64,000 nt of DNA from positions 60,256,088 through 60,320,087 of the forward strand of contig NC_068982.1 of the NCBI RefSeq assembly GCF_001194135.2, given 5' to 3'. Origin of the DNA: Octopus bimaculoides. Its lineage: Eukaryota. Positions 26,315 through 39,751 of this stretch are shown one piece after another; within the stretch, counting starts at the first letter, position 1; every line of letters starts with the position of its first letter. The notes below the pieces were generated by a model. That model was not told the origin of the DNA and searched no databases. It saw nothing but the letters and a program-made list of their open reading frames with translations. The position numbers and the translations under genes were made by a program.

Positions 26315-26968
26315 NNNNNNNNNNNNNNNNNNNNNNNNNNNNNNNNNNNNNNNNNNNNNNNNNNNNNNNNNNNNNNNNNNNNNNNNNNNNNNNNNNNNNN
26401 NNNNNNNNNNNNNNNNNNNNNNNNNNNNNNNNNNNNNNNNNNNNNNNNNNNNNNNNNNNNNNNNNNNNNNNNNNNNNNNNNNNNNNNNNNNNNNNNNNNN
26501 NNNNNNNNNNNNNNNNNNNNNNNNNNNNNNNNNNNNNNNNNNNNNNNNNNNNNNNNNNNNNNNNNNNNNNNNNNNNNNNNNNNNNNNNNNNNNNNNNNNN
26601 NNNNNNNNNNNNNNNNNNNNNNNNNNNNNNNNNNNNNNNNNNNNNNNNNNNNNNNNNNNNNNNNNNNNNNNNNNNNNNNNNNNNNNNNNNNNNNNNNNNN
26701 NNNNNNNNNNNNNNNNNNNNNNNNNNNNNNNNNNNNNNNNNNNNNNNNNNNNNNNNNNNNNNNNNNNNNNNNNNNNNNNNNNNNNNNNNNNNNNNNNNNN
26801 NNNNNNNNNNNNNNNNNNNNNNNNNNNNNNNNNNNNNNNNNNNTATATATATATATATATATATATATGGGGAGTGCATGTGTGTACAAGAATATGTATG
26901 CATATGCTTGCTCATTCCTCTTTAGTAATGTATGCATAGGTTTATGGATATACGTTCATGTACTTGTA

Positions 26969-27014
<46 letters not shown>

Positions 27015-27790
27015 CATATACATACTTATACACATATATATAAATATATACACACACACACACACACATATATACACATACCCACACATGCCTGTATGTA
27101 TTACATTATCATTTATCAATTTATTTTAGTTATTCACTGATAGCTTTTGATTAATTTTATTTATAATATACTTTTTTTTAAAATAAAACTTCCTATATTT
27201 CACACCAGTTTTACAAGAACATGATAATCACTTGCGTGAAATTTGAGGAAAACACAGAACTTGACACTTAAAAATTGGGGGGGTTTTAATGGATGCATCA
27301 TCATCATCATCACCACCACCACCTTCATCATCAATGCAGGCATAGTAATGAAAGGGTATTTCTCATACAGGCACATGGCTACAACTAATAATGTAAAAAC
27401 AGAGTGATATAATCAATTTAATTGACACCAGTAAGTGAATCGTACTGATTTTATTAATACCATGAGTGATGAAAAAAAAACTAATCTAAGATTAAAGACT
27501 AACCTAAGATTTTGAGTTTATTACTACAAAGGCTGAGCATAACAGAGTAAGTAGAATGTTTTCCACTTTTAACCTCAGATTGACTAACACCTTGTGAGCA
27601 AATGAGAACTGTGCAAAATCCAGTATGTATGTGTGTACCTATATGTTAACTGTGACAAATGGAAGGAAGAATCTCAATACCTGGTAGTTACAGTCAGTAT
27701 TACATCCCAATACACTGTTTTCTGTGGGGTGCAGTTGTTAATAGAATGAGTCTGGACATATACAGCTGATCTAATTGCATAAAAAATTAT

Positions 27791-27965
27791 AGGCGCAGGA
27801 GTGGCTGTGTGGTAAGTAGCTTGCTTACCAACCACATGGTTCCAGGTTCAGTCCCACTGCATGGCACCTTGGGCAAGTGTCTTCTACTATAGCCTTGAGC
27901 CGACCAAAGCCTTGTGAGTGGATTTGATAGACGGAAACTGAAAGAAGCCCGTTGTATATATATAT

Positions 27966-28021
<56 letters not shown>

Positions 28022-28185
28022 CTGTGATTGTCCCCCCAACATCGCTTGACAACTCATGGTGGTGTGTTTATGTCCCCGTAACTTAGCAGTTCGGCAAAAG
28101 AGACTGATAGAATAAGTACTAGGCTTCCAAAGAATAAGTCCTGGGGTCGATTTGCTCGACTAAAGGTGGTGCTCCAGCATGGCCA
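27791..28185 (+). mobile_element. SINE family A, near-consensus full copy
   Basis: ggcgcaggagtggctgtgtggtaagtagc..ggttcagtccc (A/B-box-like) ..ccttgggcaagtgtc.. then (TA)n(TG)n then ..ggggtcgatttgctcgactaaaggtggtgctccagcatggcc. Confidence 0.9.
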
Positions 28186-28279
28186 GTGTTGGCGGTGGCG
28201 GTGGCAGTGTTGGCAGCAGCAGTTATTATTCTGCAGCTGCTCAAAACTGTTAGTGGGAAAACAACCCAAGATTTCTATA

Positions 28280-29130
28280 GGGGGTGCTAGTTAAGGGTAT
28301 GAGTGATGATGACCTAGGATTGAATCTAGGCATCAGCGAGAACAATCGGAGTAGTCTCTTCCAGAGGACCTTCAGGTCAAAGATCATGGACAATTTCCAA
28401 ACGTCTTTAGCTTGGCAGAGGGGCATTGCCTGTTCGAGACAAGCTGTTCAGGCATGGAAGTGCCAACAGCCAAACTTGCCTGAGATGTTTGCAGGGGGAT
28501 GAAACTATCTTCCATGCAATAATTCAATGTCTGTGCATTGGAGAGTTGTGGGATTGTGAAGAGCAGCTGTATCAGCTGTCTGCCAAGTGTATAGTGAAGA
28601 TCGACATACCACCTTTCCTTAGCAGAGAAGGAAGGCAGATCTTTCTCTGCCTCGGGGCTGTGGTATAAGAGGCTGTGTGGTGGACCCATCTGAAAGGTTT
28701 GAAGACAGGCACATTCTTCCTATCTGGTCAAGCCCTCAACAATTTCTTCAAATATCCTTTGAAGAGGAAGGTGAGGGTAGAGAAGGTAGTGCTGCCTTCT
28801 AGTGTGTATATCGAAAGGTGGTGGACAGTAGCAAGACTGGTCAGGCTGAATGGATCTACTCTGAATAAGCTTTTCTAAGCAGGAGAAAGAGTAATCCAGA
28901 ATTTTTGTGTAGGGTTTACTCCAGATTACCCTAAGTGGACTGCCCTGCAATTGGGGATTCTATTTATTTATTTATCATTTATTTCTCTACTTTCTGTTAT
29001 ATCTTTTAATGTGGTTGTATCTCCCCTTGATTGATGTTAATTCCACATGTTTTTGTTTTTGTAATTTTTTTTGTTTTGCTGTAACTCATCCTTCAATATT
29101 GTCCTCCATGTCTTGGGCCCTTATGACCAA
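28280..29130 (+). mobile_element. 5'-truncated L1/Tx1-type LINE (zf-RVT C-terminus + 3' UTR)
   Basis: Reads PVRDKLFRHGSANSQTCLRCLQGDETIFHAIIQC (CxxC..ET..H...C zinc knuckle), then ..ERWWTVARLVRLNG.. with frameshifts, followed by a T-rich 3' UTR. Confidence 0.85.
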
Positions 29131-30842
29131 TAAAAGAAATCATTATTATTCCACTGATGTCAACTTTGCTTTTCATCCTTTCAGGGTCGATAAATTACCA
29201 GTCAAACACTGGGATCAATATGATCAATTGACCCCTTCCCCACAAAAAGCCAGGCCTTGTGCATATAGCAGAAAGGATTATTATGTTTATTATTATTATA
29301 ATTATTATTATCATTATAATTATTATTATTATAATTATTATTATTATTATTATTATTGTTGTTGTTATAGAATCAAGAGAGCAGTATTAGTGTAGATAAT
29401 ATTATTAAGTATAATATTATTAAGTATATTTGTGAAAGAGAGAAGAAAATGTATTCCAGTTGTTGATACATGAGGAATGAACTGAAGCTGGTTCAATAAA
29501 ACTTATCTTATGTAAGCCTGTCATTTAAAAGAATACATGTTGATGTATGAATACAGTGTATTAGTCTCCCTACTTAGTTATGACAAATAAAAAGTGTGAA
29601 AGGAAATTTATTACCAGTGTGGCACTTTATCACACTTTAGTCAGCATATAAAAAGCAGCTTTGGATAAATGCCAAAATATTCCTACTCCTTTGCATGGTG
29701 AAACATTTTGTGTGACCCCCAGTCCTGTTCATAATGAGTCTTTTCTTCCCTGCAATGATGAAAGAGCACTAAATGTTTTCAAAATACAACTCACATCCGT
29801 CTAACTAAGCTATTTGATATTTCCTCTGTTTTCTAAATGATAGTCTAGCAACCAGGGGACAAAAATAGCCTGGCCCATTTGGCAAATTGATAATGATATC
29901 TAGAAATCCAATTCTAAAATAGATCTGATAATCAAGCTCCTTTGATTATATTCCAAACAATTAATTAGATGAAGAAGCTTTGCTTTCAAATGGAATCATA
30001 ACTAATTGTAAACAATGCAAAGTTCCTATTTGTCAGTAACAGAACTGCAATAGAGGAACAATATATGGTATCTTTCAATATCGAGTGAGCTGCTTCACTA
30101 TTACAGCAAAAAGAATCTACCAGTTCTTCATTAAGAGCTTTGATCATTGAAATACATGTCTAACATAACAAGCCACCGTAATTGAGACACTACTTATCCC
30201 TAGTAAACCTGATCATATTATGTAACAAGTGAGATCAAATGCTTATACATACATACATACATACATATATATATGCATGTGCATGTTAATCTTTTACGCA
30301 TTTATTACCTTCGATCACTGGATTGGATTCATTCTGGGATAACAGCTTTAAGGGTTTAGTTTATTTAACTGATGCTAAAAGTTGGAAATCAAATCTGACC
30401 TCTGCCCGATTTTATTCTGATTATAGATGGATGTAACTGAATACTACATCAGTCTTTTGGCTTTATAAATCTAGCATCATCACCATCATCATCCTCATGT
30501 TTGTTGTCATCATTGTCATCATAATCATTTTACATCTGCTTTGGATGCTTTGACAGGATCCAGTGCATCAGAGGACGTCTTGCTCCAGTATCTCAATTTT
30601 AGACATGATTTCTACAACTGGAGGCCCTTCTTAATACCAATTTACAGAATATACTGGAAGCTTTTTTCTTAGCACTATTACTAAGAGTACTTTGAAACTC
30701 ACAAGACAAGCGTCCTAACAACTGAATTACTTACTCACCAAAGTCGTATGTAAGTAGTTGAATATTCCACAGAAACATGTACCCTTAAGGTATTTCTCTG
30801 GAAGAATCAGCATGACACAGTGTGACAAAGTTTGGTTAGGTT

Positions 30843-31071
30843 TTAACCCTTTAACATTCAAAGCAGCCATAGCTGGTCAAAATATTTGACCTGTCTTATG
30901 TTGAAACTGGCCAGATCTGGCTTCTCACTTCAACCCTACAATGTCATTCTAAAACTAAACAATCACATCATTGAAACTTCTAGACTGCAAGATAATTCCT
31001 GATTAATTCAAAACAATATGAATAAGCAAACATTGCATTTGACAGAATAATCAGAATACTAAAGGGTTTAA
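30843..31071. mobile_element. Second TTAA-flanked MITE family (~220 bp)
   Basis: TTAA-ccctttaacatt ... aatactaaaggg-TTTAA; TIR 10/12. The interior differs from the 18224 MITE. Confidence 0.65.
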
Positions 31072-31491
31072 CTTAGTGCAATCCATCAAATAGGCTTCCA
31101 CACAGTTTCCACCAACCCAATTTCGTTCACAAGGTATGGGTTAGCCTACAGCTACAGTAAAAGGCACATGCCCCCGATGCCAATTAGTAGAACTGAACCC
31201 AAGATGTTGTGATTATAAAATCAATTTTTTAACCATTCAGCTAAGCTCAGTAAATAGTTGTAAAACTGAAGCACTATGGTAATGTGTTCAAATCATGATA
31301 GAGTCAATGCCAAACACATTAACCTGCTGCCCACCTATTTTCTTTGTTTTAATGGTTCTGACCTTTTGCTGGACCATCAGCAGTGGTGGAGAAAACTGGA
31401 AGAAAAGACCCTGATTCGTGGGTTACTGCTATAGAAAATATCATTTGGTACTGAGTCATCCTCTGAGTGGAGTCCTGATCTAAATACTTAC

Positions 31492-31524
31492 AGTAGAATG
31501 GATCCTGCTAAGAACATTCAAGAC
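31492..31524 (-). CDS. Candidate 33-nt microexon (VLNVLSRIHST)
   Basis: atcttatcatttAG | 33 nt | GTAAGT. Only phase 0 is open; the other two frames contain stops. Confidence 0.35.
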
Positions 31525-31778
31525 CTAAATGATAAGATTAAATCCACACAACAGATTTAGTCTATTATCTAAAATCACTTTCACTTTAAGTAAGCACATT
31601 TAACTCTTATAACTCGTTGCTTTATCAACAAGCAAATGTTTACATTTTCAAAAACATATAAAAGAAAATAACTAAAAACAAATATGAAAGGTGCGTGTAA
31701 AGTGAAAGCAATTATGAAGTAACACAGTAATAAAAAAAAACATGGAGTTACATATTTAATTTCAGAAAAAAATTAACA

Positions 31779-31856
<78 letters not shown>

Positions 31857-32674
31857 NNNNNNNNNNNNNNNNNNNNNNNNNNNNNNNNNNNNNNNNNNNN
31901 NNNNNNNNNNNNNNNNNNNNNNNNNNNNNNNNNNNNNNNNNNNNNNNNNNNNNNNNNNNNNNNNNNNNNNNNNNNNNNNNNNNNNNNNNNNNNNNNNNNN
32001 NNNNNNNNNNNNNNNNNNNNNNNNNNNNNNNNNNNNNNNNNNNNNNNNNNNNNNNNNNNNNNNNNNNNNNNNNNNNNNNNNNNNNNNNNNNNNNNNNNNN
32101 NNNNNNNNNNNNNNNNNNNNNNNNNNNNNNNNNNNNNNNNNNNNNNNNNNNNNNNNNNNNNNNNNNNNNNNNNNNNNNNNNNNNNNNNNNNNNNNNNNNN
32201 NNNNNNNNNNNNNNNNNNNNNNNNNNNNNNNNNNNNNNNNNNNNNNNNNNNNNNNNNNNNNNNNNNNNNNNNNNNNNNNNNNNNNNNNNNNNNNNNNNNN
32301 NNNNNNNNNNNNNNNNNNNNNNNNNNNNNNNNNNNNNNNNNNNNNNNNNNNNNNNNNNNNNNNNNNNNNNNNNNNNNNNNNNNNNNNNNNNNNNNNNNNN
32401 NNNNNNNNNNNNNNNNNNNNNNNNNNNNNNNNNNNNNNNNNNNNNNNNNNNNNNNNNNNNNNNNNNNNNNNNNNNNNNNNNNNNNNNNNNNCAGGCAAAC
32501 AGGAAGGAATCAAAGACTAACATCTGCAATCAGTCAGAGACATGCAGGTGTATCAACACCAGATGTTGCCTTTGCATTCTGCTTATAACGGTAACTAACA
32601 GCAAAGTAGAATAAAATTTCAAGTGAATTCCAGAAGTGAATAAAATATCACAGTTTTATATTAAATAAAAGATC

Positions 32675-32714
<40 letters not shown>

Positions 32715-32759
32715 TATATATATTTCTATAAATGCATGTATACATATACACATATATAC

Positions 32760-33085
32760 ATCAGCAGCAGCACCAGCGGCATTTAACATCCACTGTCCAT
32801 GCTAATATGGGTGGGATAGTTTCACAAGTGCCAGCTATTCAGAAGCCTGCACCAGACATCTGTGACTGTTTTGGCAGGATTTTTACAGCTGGATGACCCT
32901 CCTAACACCAACCACTCAGCAGAGTGAACTTCATGCTTTTTATGTTGTACAATCACAGGCGAGGTTAGTTTTGGTAAAGATTTTACAGTTGGATGCACTT
33001 CCAAACACCAACCACTGTACAGTGTGGACTGGGTGCTTTTAAGTGGCACCTGCACTGACAGGGTCACCAAGTACTTGTAAGACAA
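32760..33085 (-). mobile_element. Diverged RTE-tail-bearing element
   Basis: tttaacatccactgtccatgct.. and two copies of ttttacag(c/t)tggatg..cc..acac.aaccact, relatives of the RTE 3' core. Confidence 0.6.
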
Positions 33086-33605
33086 GACATAAGAAAAACA
33101 AAAGCTTTCAAGAGGGGAGCGAGCATTAGAGGAGGCGATCTTGTATCAGATGATGAAAGTTTATAGTGAGACAAAGAGACAGAAACAGGTGTCTTGCTGT
33201 AGAGGAAGTACAAGGTTACCTAGCCAGTGAGACAAGGTGTGTGGGTGGAACAACACAGGAGAGCAATGATGCAGTGGCACAGGGCCAAGAGGACAGGAAT
33301 TTGGACAGGAGGTAAGCATAGTGCATGAAGTGGAAAAATGTGAGGAAGGGAAGAGATGTAGAGACATAGTTTGGGTTTGTTGTGGTGGCGGCGGCGGTGG
33401 CGGTGGTGGCAGCGGTGGCGGCGGCGGTGGTGGTGGTTGTGTTGTTGTTGATGGTGTTGGTGGTGGTGGTGGTGGTGGGGGTGATAATGATGATAACAAT
33501 TATTTTAAGATGTTATTCATGTGTTTTTAAATTTTGTTAAAATTTTTGTCCTTGTTTTATTGTACATTCATTTTTCCATGCAATAAGTCATAGCATTTAA
33601 TATCC

Positions 33606-33650
<45 letters not shown>

Positions 33651-34901
33651 CAAGCAAAATTTATGCATTGATATCATTGCACAATGACCGAGTTCAGAAA
33701 AAAATACACATGTTTGTATACTTGTATAATTTTTATCATTTGATCTTATTGATCTGATACAATACATGTATGTATGTATGTATGTATGTATATGTATGTA
33801 TGCATGTACGTATGCATGCATGCATGCATGTATGTATGTATGTATACATGCATGTATGTAGATCAATGGAAGTATGCATGGTTGTGCATGTGCTCCTATG
33901 TATAAATGTAGATACTTATGACTGCTTGTATGTACATGTGTATGTGTCTGTATGTATATATGTAGCTNNNNNNNNNNNNNNNNNNNNNNNNNNNNNNNNN
34001 NNNNNNNNNNNNNNNNNNNNNNNNNNNNNNNNNNGTCATTATCATCATCACTATCATCATTTAATATTCATATTCCATATTGGCATGCCTTGGATGGTTC
34101 AACAGAATCTGACAAGCCAGAGGACTGCATTGAACTCCAATGTCTTCTTTGGCATAGTTTCTATGGTAGGATGGATTTCCTAATGCACACATACAAACAT
34201 ATATGTATATGTATATGTAAGTATGTTTGTGTATATGCATGAATGTACGTATGTAAATATATGTGAGTATGTATATATGGATGTATGTATGTATGTATGT
34301 ATGTAGGTAGGTAGGTAGGTAGGTATGTATGTATGTATACATCTATCTATCTATCTATCTATCTTTACTATATGAAAGCATGGGTAAGGCTGTATGTATT
34401 TCCTGTTATTTCATCAAGAGAAAAATGTTATGCTCTTGACATTTTACAATGCCTCCAACACAACTTAAAAGGAGGTATCCTCAAGTTGGAACCATAGCCT
34501 GAAACTTTCCTACAGAATGAATTCTTCTAAAGGCATTCAAAGGTATTAAAAATCAGGGTAAAGATTAATTCTACCACCCAAGAAGTCCTGAGTAAATTAG
34601 AACTCAGAATTCAAACAGCCAAAACTGCAAGGTTCGTTCGCCATACTCCGAGGATTCTGTTAGCATACTACCATAGAATAATATTTTATTTACTAACCCA
34701 AGAGGCAAAGGCTGAATTTATCCTAGCAGAAGTTGAACTCAAGATGTAAGGGAGGTGAATAAAATACCACAAAGCATTTCGTTGTACACTCTGTCAAATC
34801 TTCCAATTCACTGTGTATATATATATATATATACATACATATATATATAAGTGTGTGCACGTGTGTGTGTGTCTGTAACTATAAGTATATATGTGCAGTG
34901 A

Positions 34902-34937
<36 letters not shown>

Positions 34938-34940
<3 letters not shown>

Positions 34941-35420
34941 CAGTGTGCGATGGGTAAATTGTCGCCATTTTATAATTTCTAATTTTGTGCATGCACATTT
35001 TTTGTTTTTGATTTCATCCACTACACAGTATTGTAGGATCAGTTGGGCACTATTAGTGAGAAAAACAGCACCACGACACAATTCATTCTGCCAGAAATTT
35101 GGAAACAATATGCTGTACTGCTTGGCATTTGTGCTGGAAGCTCCAATATGAACACTTGAGAATGTTTGGGTGTCAATCTGAGGACAGTGCAGAGGATTTG
35201 GAAAGAGGTGAATGAGTCTAATGGTGATTACGAAAATATAGTAGCTCAGAAAACTTACTCTGATCATTCTGATAAGAAAAGAACTCCTGAATATGTTGGT
35301 GAGATCCAGGCCATGATTTGCAACGATCTCTCCAAGTCAATCAGGTCCATTGCCAGAGACATGGAAGTGTCTATGTTTCTCATCAGGCAGTATTCAGTAT
35401 TCCTCATACAAGATGAGAAA
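34938..35420 (+). mobile_element. Tc1/mariner 5' fragment (TIR + N-terminal HTH region)
   Basis: TA-cagtgtgcgatgggtaaattgtcgcc terminus next to (TA)n. The ORF reads ..NLRTVQRIWKE..KKRTPEYVGEIQAMICNDLSKSIRSIARDMEVS.., homologous to the DPRRSMRSIAKEL segment at 1100. Confidence 0.8.
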
Positions 35421-35694
35421 GGGCCAATTTTTATCCCAATTTTTATCCCATGATTGAACTAACCAACGATCAAAATAATCCAGCTATGATTATTCAAGTC
35501 CTAATTTTTTTTTAGACATAATGTATTCTGAAATAAGTTTGCTTTTGAATGATGATGTGATCTGAGAAAGATTTGGCTGTTATTTCTAGCAGGCTTAATG
35601 AAACTGATGAACAAAAGGACATTATTATCAGTTTTCCCATGCATCAATAGCAAAACTGATAATGATCATGATGACATTTATAATAATAGTGGTT

Positions 35695-36425
35695 ATATCT
35701 TTTTATCTTTTACATGCTACACTCATTGGACTGTGGCCATGCTGGGGCACTGCCTTGAAGGGTTTTGTTGAACAAATCCATACCAGTAATTTTTTTTTAA
35801 GTCTGGTACTTTAAACAAAATAACTAATAGATTCTGTCAGTTATTTTGCTAAACTGCTAAGTTACAGGGACATAAACAAACCAACACCAGTTGTTAAGCA
35901 GTGGTGGGACACAAACACACGTACACACACACAAAAACACACAAAAACACACACACACACACACCTAAATATATATACACATACATAGATATATAATGAT
36001 AATGGTGTGCATGGAGTATTTAGGTAGGGAACATGTGGTGCTCTTTGGTGTAGTCCATCCACTTTGGTCCTCATCCAATACACAGCTCTCTCCTGTAGAT
36101 GCTCAAAGCTGCACACATGCAATAATAACCACACTCCAGGCAACAGCTTTCACAAATTGGCTAAGCCATGCTGAGGGTAACCAATAACTTTCAACACTAG
36201 GTGAGCTAGGGCTTGTCTACCTATGCATAGGAAGACTAGATACAAACACATTCACACACACACATTATGGGCTTCTTTCAGTCACCATCTATCAAATCCA
36301 CTTACAAGGCTTTGGTTGACCTGACTCTGTAGTAAAAGACACTTTCCCAAGGTGCAGCACCATGCGACTGAACCCAAGACCACATAGTTGAGGAGCAAGC
36401 TTCTTAACAACACAGCCATGCCTAT
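35695..36425 (-). mobile_element. SINE family A interrupted by a ~240-bp unrelated insert
   Basis: Tail at 35695-35930, (CA)n, insert at ~36000-36240, head at 36268-36425. Confidence 0.75.
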
Positions 36426-36569
36426 AGCCACACCCACACCTACTAGGATAAGTTTAATGCTTTCATTAGCATATTAATTAAAGTTCATAATGACAATGAT
36501 GTCGGGAAGGGGTAATGGGATAAGAAATAACAAGAGGAATGAAGGAGAGGAAAGCAATTACTTCAAATT

Positions 36570-36775
36570 TTGGTACCAGGTCATCAGCAATTTTAGGACA
36601 AGGGGTTAGATGATTGCATTGGCTCTGGTACTTGACTGCTGTCTTATTTCTATGAATCCTGAAAGAATGAAAGGCAAAGTTGACCTCAACAGAATTTGAA
36701 CTCAAAATCCTAAAGAGCCAGAAGAAATACTGCTAAGCATCTTGTCTAGTACGCTAACGATTCTGCCAGCTTGTC
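36570..36775 (-). mobile_element. SINE family C
   Basis: ..gaaaggcaaagttgacctcaacagaatttgaactc..gctaacgattctgccagct is the reverse complement of the C head/core. Confidence 0.75.
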
Positions 36776-38510
36776 AATAAGGATGATGATGATGATGACA
36801 ATGATGATGGCATAATAATGTCGATAATGACAACGCTGATGGCGACAATGACAATGATGATGATGGGAGTGGTGATGATGAGGAGAAAAAGGAGGAGAAG
36901 ACGACAATGATGATGATGATGATGTACAACTAAAAGAACTCGCTCTGATCATGAACATTTTTCCCAACATGAAGCAGCTATATAGACAGAAGAAAAATAA
37001 AATAAAATTTTTCAGTATGTACAAAGAAAAAAAAAACTAAATATATTAACAAATAAATACATAAATGAATAAATATTTTAGTTATTTCTATTTATTTCTC
37101 TTCTTGTTTGGGTTTGTATCTAAAAGGTCTTTAATTAATGCCATACCAGAAAATGTAATGAAGAGAAAAGCATGCAAACCAATTACATCCTGCTGTCCTC
37201 TGGGAAAAATGTTATATACTCAGGTAGTTCTTGCATGGCTCAGTTCAACACGCAAAAACTGTTACAGTTACAAACAACCACAAATCAGAGCAGTCCGACT
37301 ATCAGCTACAGTTAGAAATATCTTTAGGAATAGCTCTCAATTAAGTTGGAGACAGTCTGCCACTAATTAAGACCATCCATCTACACACACACACATATAC
37401 ACACAGTCACACATGCACACATATTTATATATGTATGTATATGTATATATTTCAGGTTTGAGCAGTAAGTTTGTTTTTTTTCTGTTTTTGGCTTGTGTCT
37501 TTATTTGTTTAATAGCAACAGTGGTGGGGAAGATAGAATATTTGTGATATGACACTCATCAGTAAGAGAGAATTTATGCTTTACAAATAAGATTTATTAG
37601 CTGAAAGTCAATAGACACCAGGGAAGTGATATGATGGATGTTTTAAAGGTATTTAATTTAAAAATAGGTGGATGATTTGTCATAGCGCCAGTACCTAGTG
37701 CAGAATAATTCTCACGCTCATCCACCACCACCACCAACACCAACACCATTATCACTTGCACATATATTCACATAGACTCCCACACGTATACACTCATACT
37801 CACCTTTGCTCATGCACATATAGATGCATATATATTCACATATACTTACACTCTTACACATATGCTTCAATGCATATTGGCTGACATATATGCTCAAACA
37901 CATATGCTCGTGCAAGCACACACACACACACAGCTAGACAAACACATCTATACATCTGTGTACACGTTATATTCGTAATATTCAGGTATAATTTATCTGC
38001 CAAAAGTAGAAAAAAAATGGCTAAAAATTCCAGCATTTTCTCTTCTATCAACCATAAAGGTTTGCTGCTGATATACGTACAGATCTAAACTAAAACTGGC
38101 TAAAGGTTTTCAAATCAGAAAAAGTAAAGAACTTTTTTCTAATATATCATAACACTTCCTGCTGCCATGTTGTTGGTGCAATGAGCAAATTCTTTCATTA
38201 AAATTAATTTATGCTGACAAAGATAATTCAAATCGTAGAATTGTGTATAATTTATTGTCTTATTAAAATGGAAATATGAATATATATATGCTAATATATA
38301 CATATTTATTGCTCAAGTTGAAATCACTTCAAAATCAGACCTTATTACTGAAGCAAGCCAGAAAGCACAAAGCTTTCTTCTTTTATATTTTCATATTTCT
38401 TTATTGACAGTTTAAAAATTGAGTAATAGGTTAAGGATATGTTTTGTGTACAATTGCCTGTATGTAAATACATATATATGCATGTAAATGTTCACAGAAA
38501 GTTGAAAGTC

Positions 38511-38542
<32 letters not shown>

Positions 38543-39132
38543 TGTGCGTACGCATAACTGTATATTGTGTAAACTTGGATGCATATGTTCACTATCTTTG
38601 TATTTAAGCAATTTCCATGTGTATATCAATTTATATTTGTGTGAATTTATATATATATATGTAAATATATATATAATAGATATATGCAAATATATATATA
38701 ATAGATATATGCAAATNNNNNNNNNNNNNNNNNNNNNNNNNNNNNNNNNNNNNNNNNNNNNNNNNNNNNNNNNNNNNNNNNNNNNNNNNNNNNNNNNNNN
38801 NNNNNNNNNNNNNNNNNNNNNNNNNNNNNNNNNNNNNNNNNNNNNNNNNNNNNNNNNNNNNNNNNNNNNNNNNNNNNNNNNNNNNNNNNNNNNNNNNNNN
38901 NNNNNNNNNNNNNNNNNNNNNNNNNNNNNNNNNNNNNNNNNNNNNNNNNNNNNNNNNNNNNNNNNNNNNNNNNNNNNNNNNNNNNNNNNNNNNNNNNNNN
39001 NNNNNNNNNNNNNNNNNNNNNNNNNNNNNNNNNNNNNNNNNNNNNNNNNNNNNNNNNNNNNNNNNNNNNNNNNNNNNNNNNNNNNNNNNNNNNNNNNNNN
39101 NNNNNNNNNNNNNNNNNNNNNNNNNNNNNNNN

Positions 39133-39166
<34 letters not shown>

Positions 39167-39617
39167 GCTCCTCCAGGCATTTACATTCATGTATGAGCAG
39201 CTGTACACACACATACAAGTATACAGACACATGCACACATATATATTCTATATATTACTGTATATTTCTAAATTTTTCTTTAATGCATGAATATATATTT
39301 TCACAGAAATTCACATATCTATGTCCCTGCAAACTGAGGTAAATGAATAGTCACACATGTATGTATGTATGTATGTATGTATGTATGTATGTATCTATCT
39401 ATCTATCTATCTATCTATATATATATATATATGCATGCATTTATGTATGTATGTATGTATGTATGTGTATGCATGCACGTATGTGTATATAGTTAGACAG
39501 AGGGGTAAATAGATAGATAGACAAAGAGAGATAGATAAATAGACAGAAGCATATTTATATAGGCATATATAATCACACATGTATATCATATATGTACATA
39601 TACATATGTATATATAT

Positions 39618-39671
<54 letters not shown>

Positions 39672-39718
39672 GCATGTATATACATAAATGTATATACATA
39701 TGTGTGTGTGTGCATATA

Positions 39719-39751
<33 letters not shown>

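Noticed and set aside
27791-27870. tRNA-like A/B-box sequence
   Set aside because: It is the head of a SINE repeated many times in the window, and I could not build a cloverleaf or anticodon arm. It is not a tRNA gene; the same applies to the B and C heads.
29980-30170. ~57-codon open minus-strand stretch (TCISMIKALNEELVDSFCC..)
   Set aside because: Stop-free runs of this length are common at this base composition, and no convincing donor was found.
35423-35450. 12-bp tandem ccaatttttatc x2 near the mariner truncation
   Set aside because: It is a short AT-rich slippage duplication and too small to interpret.
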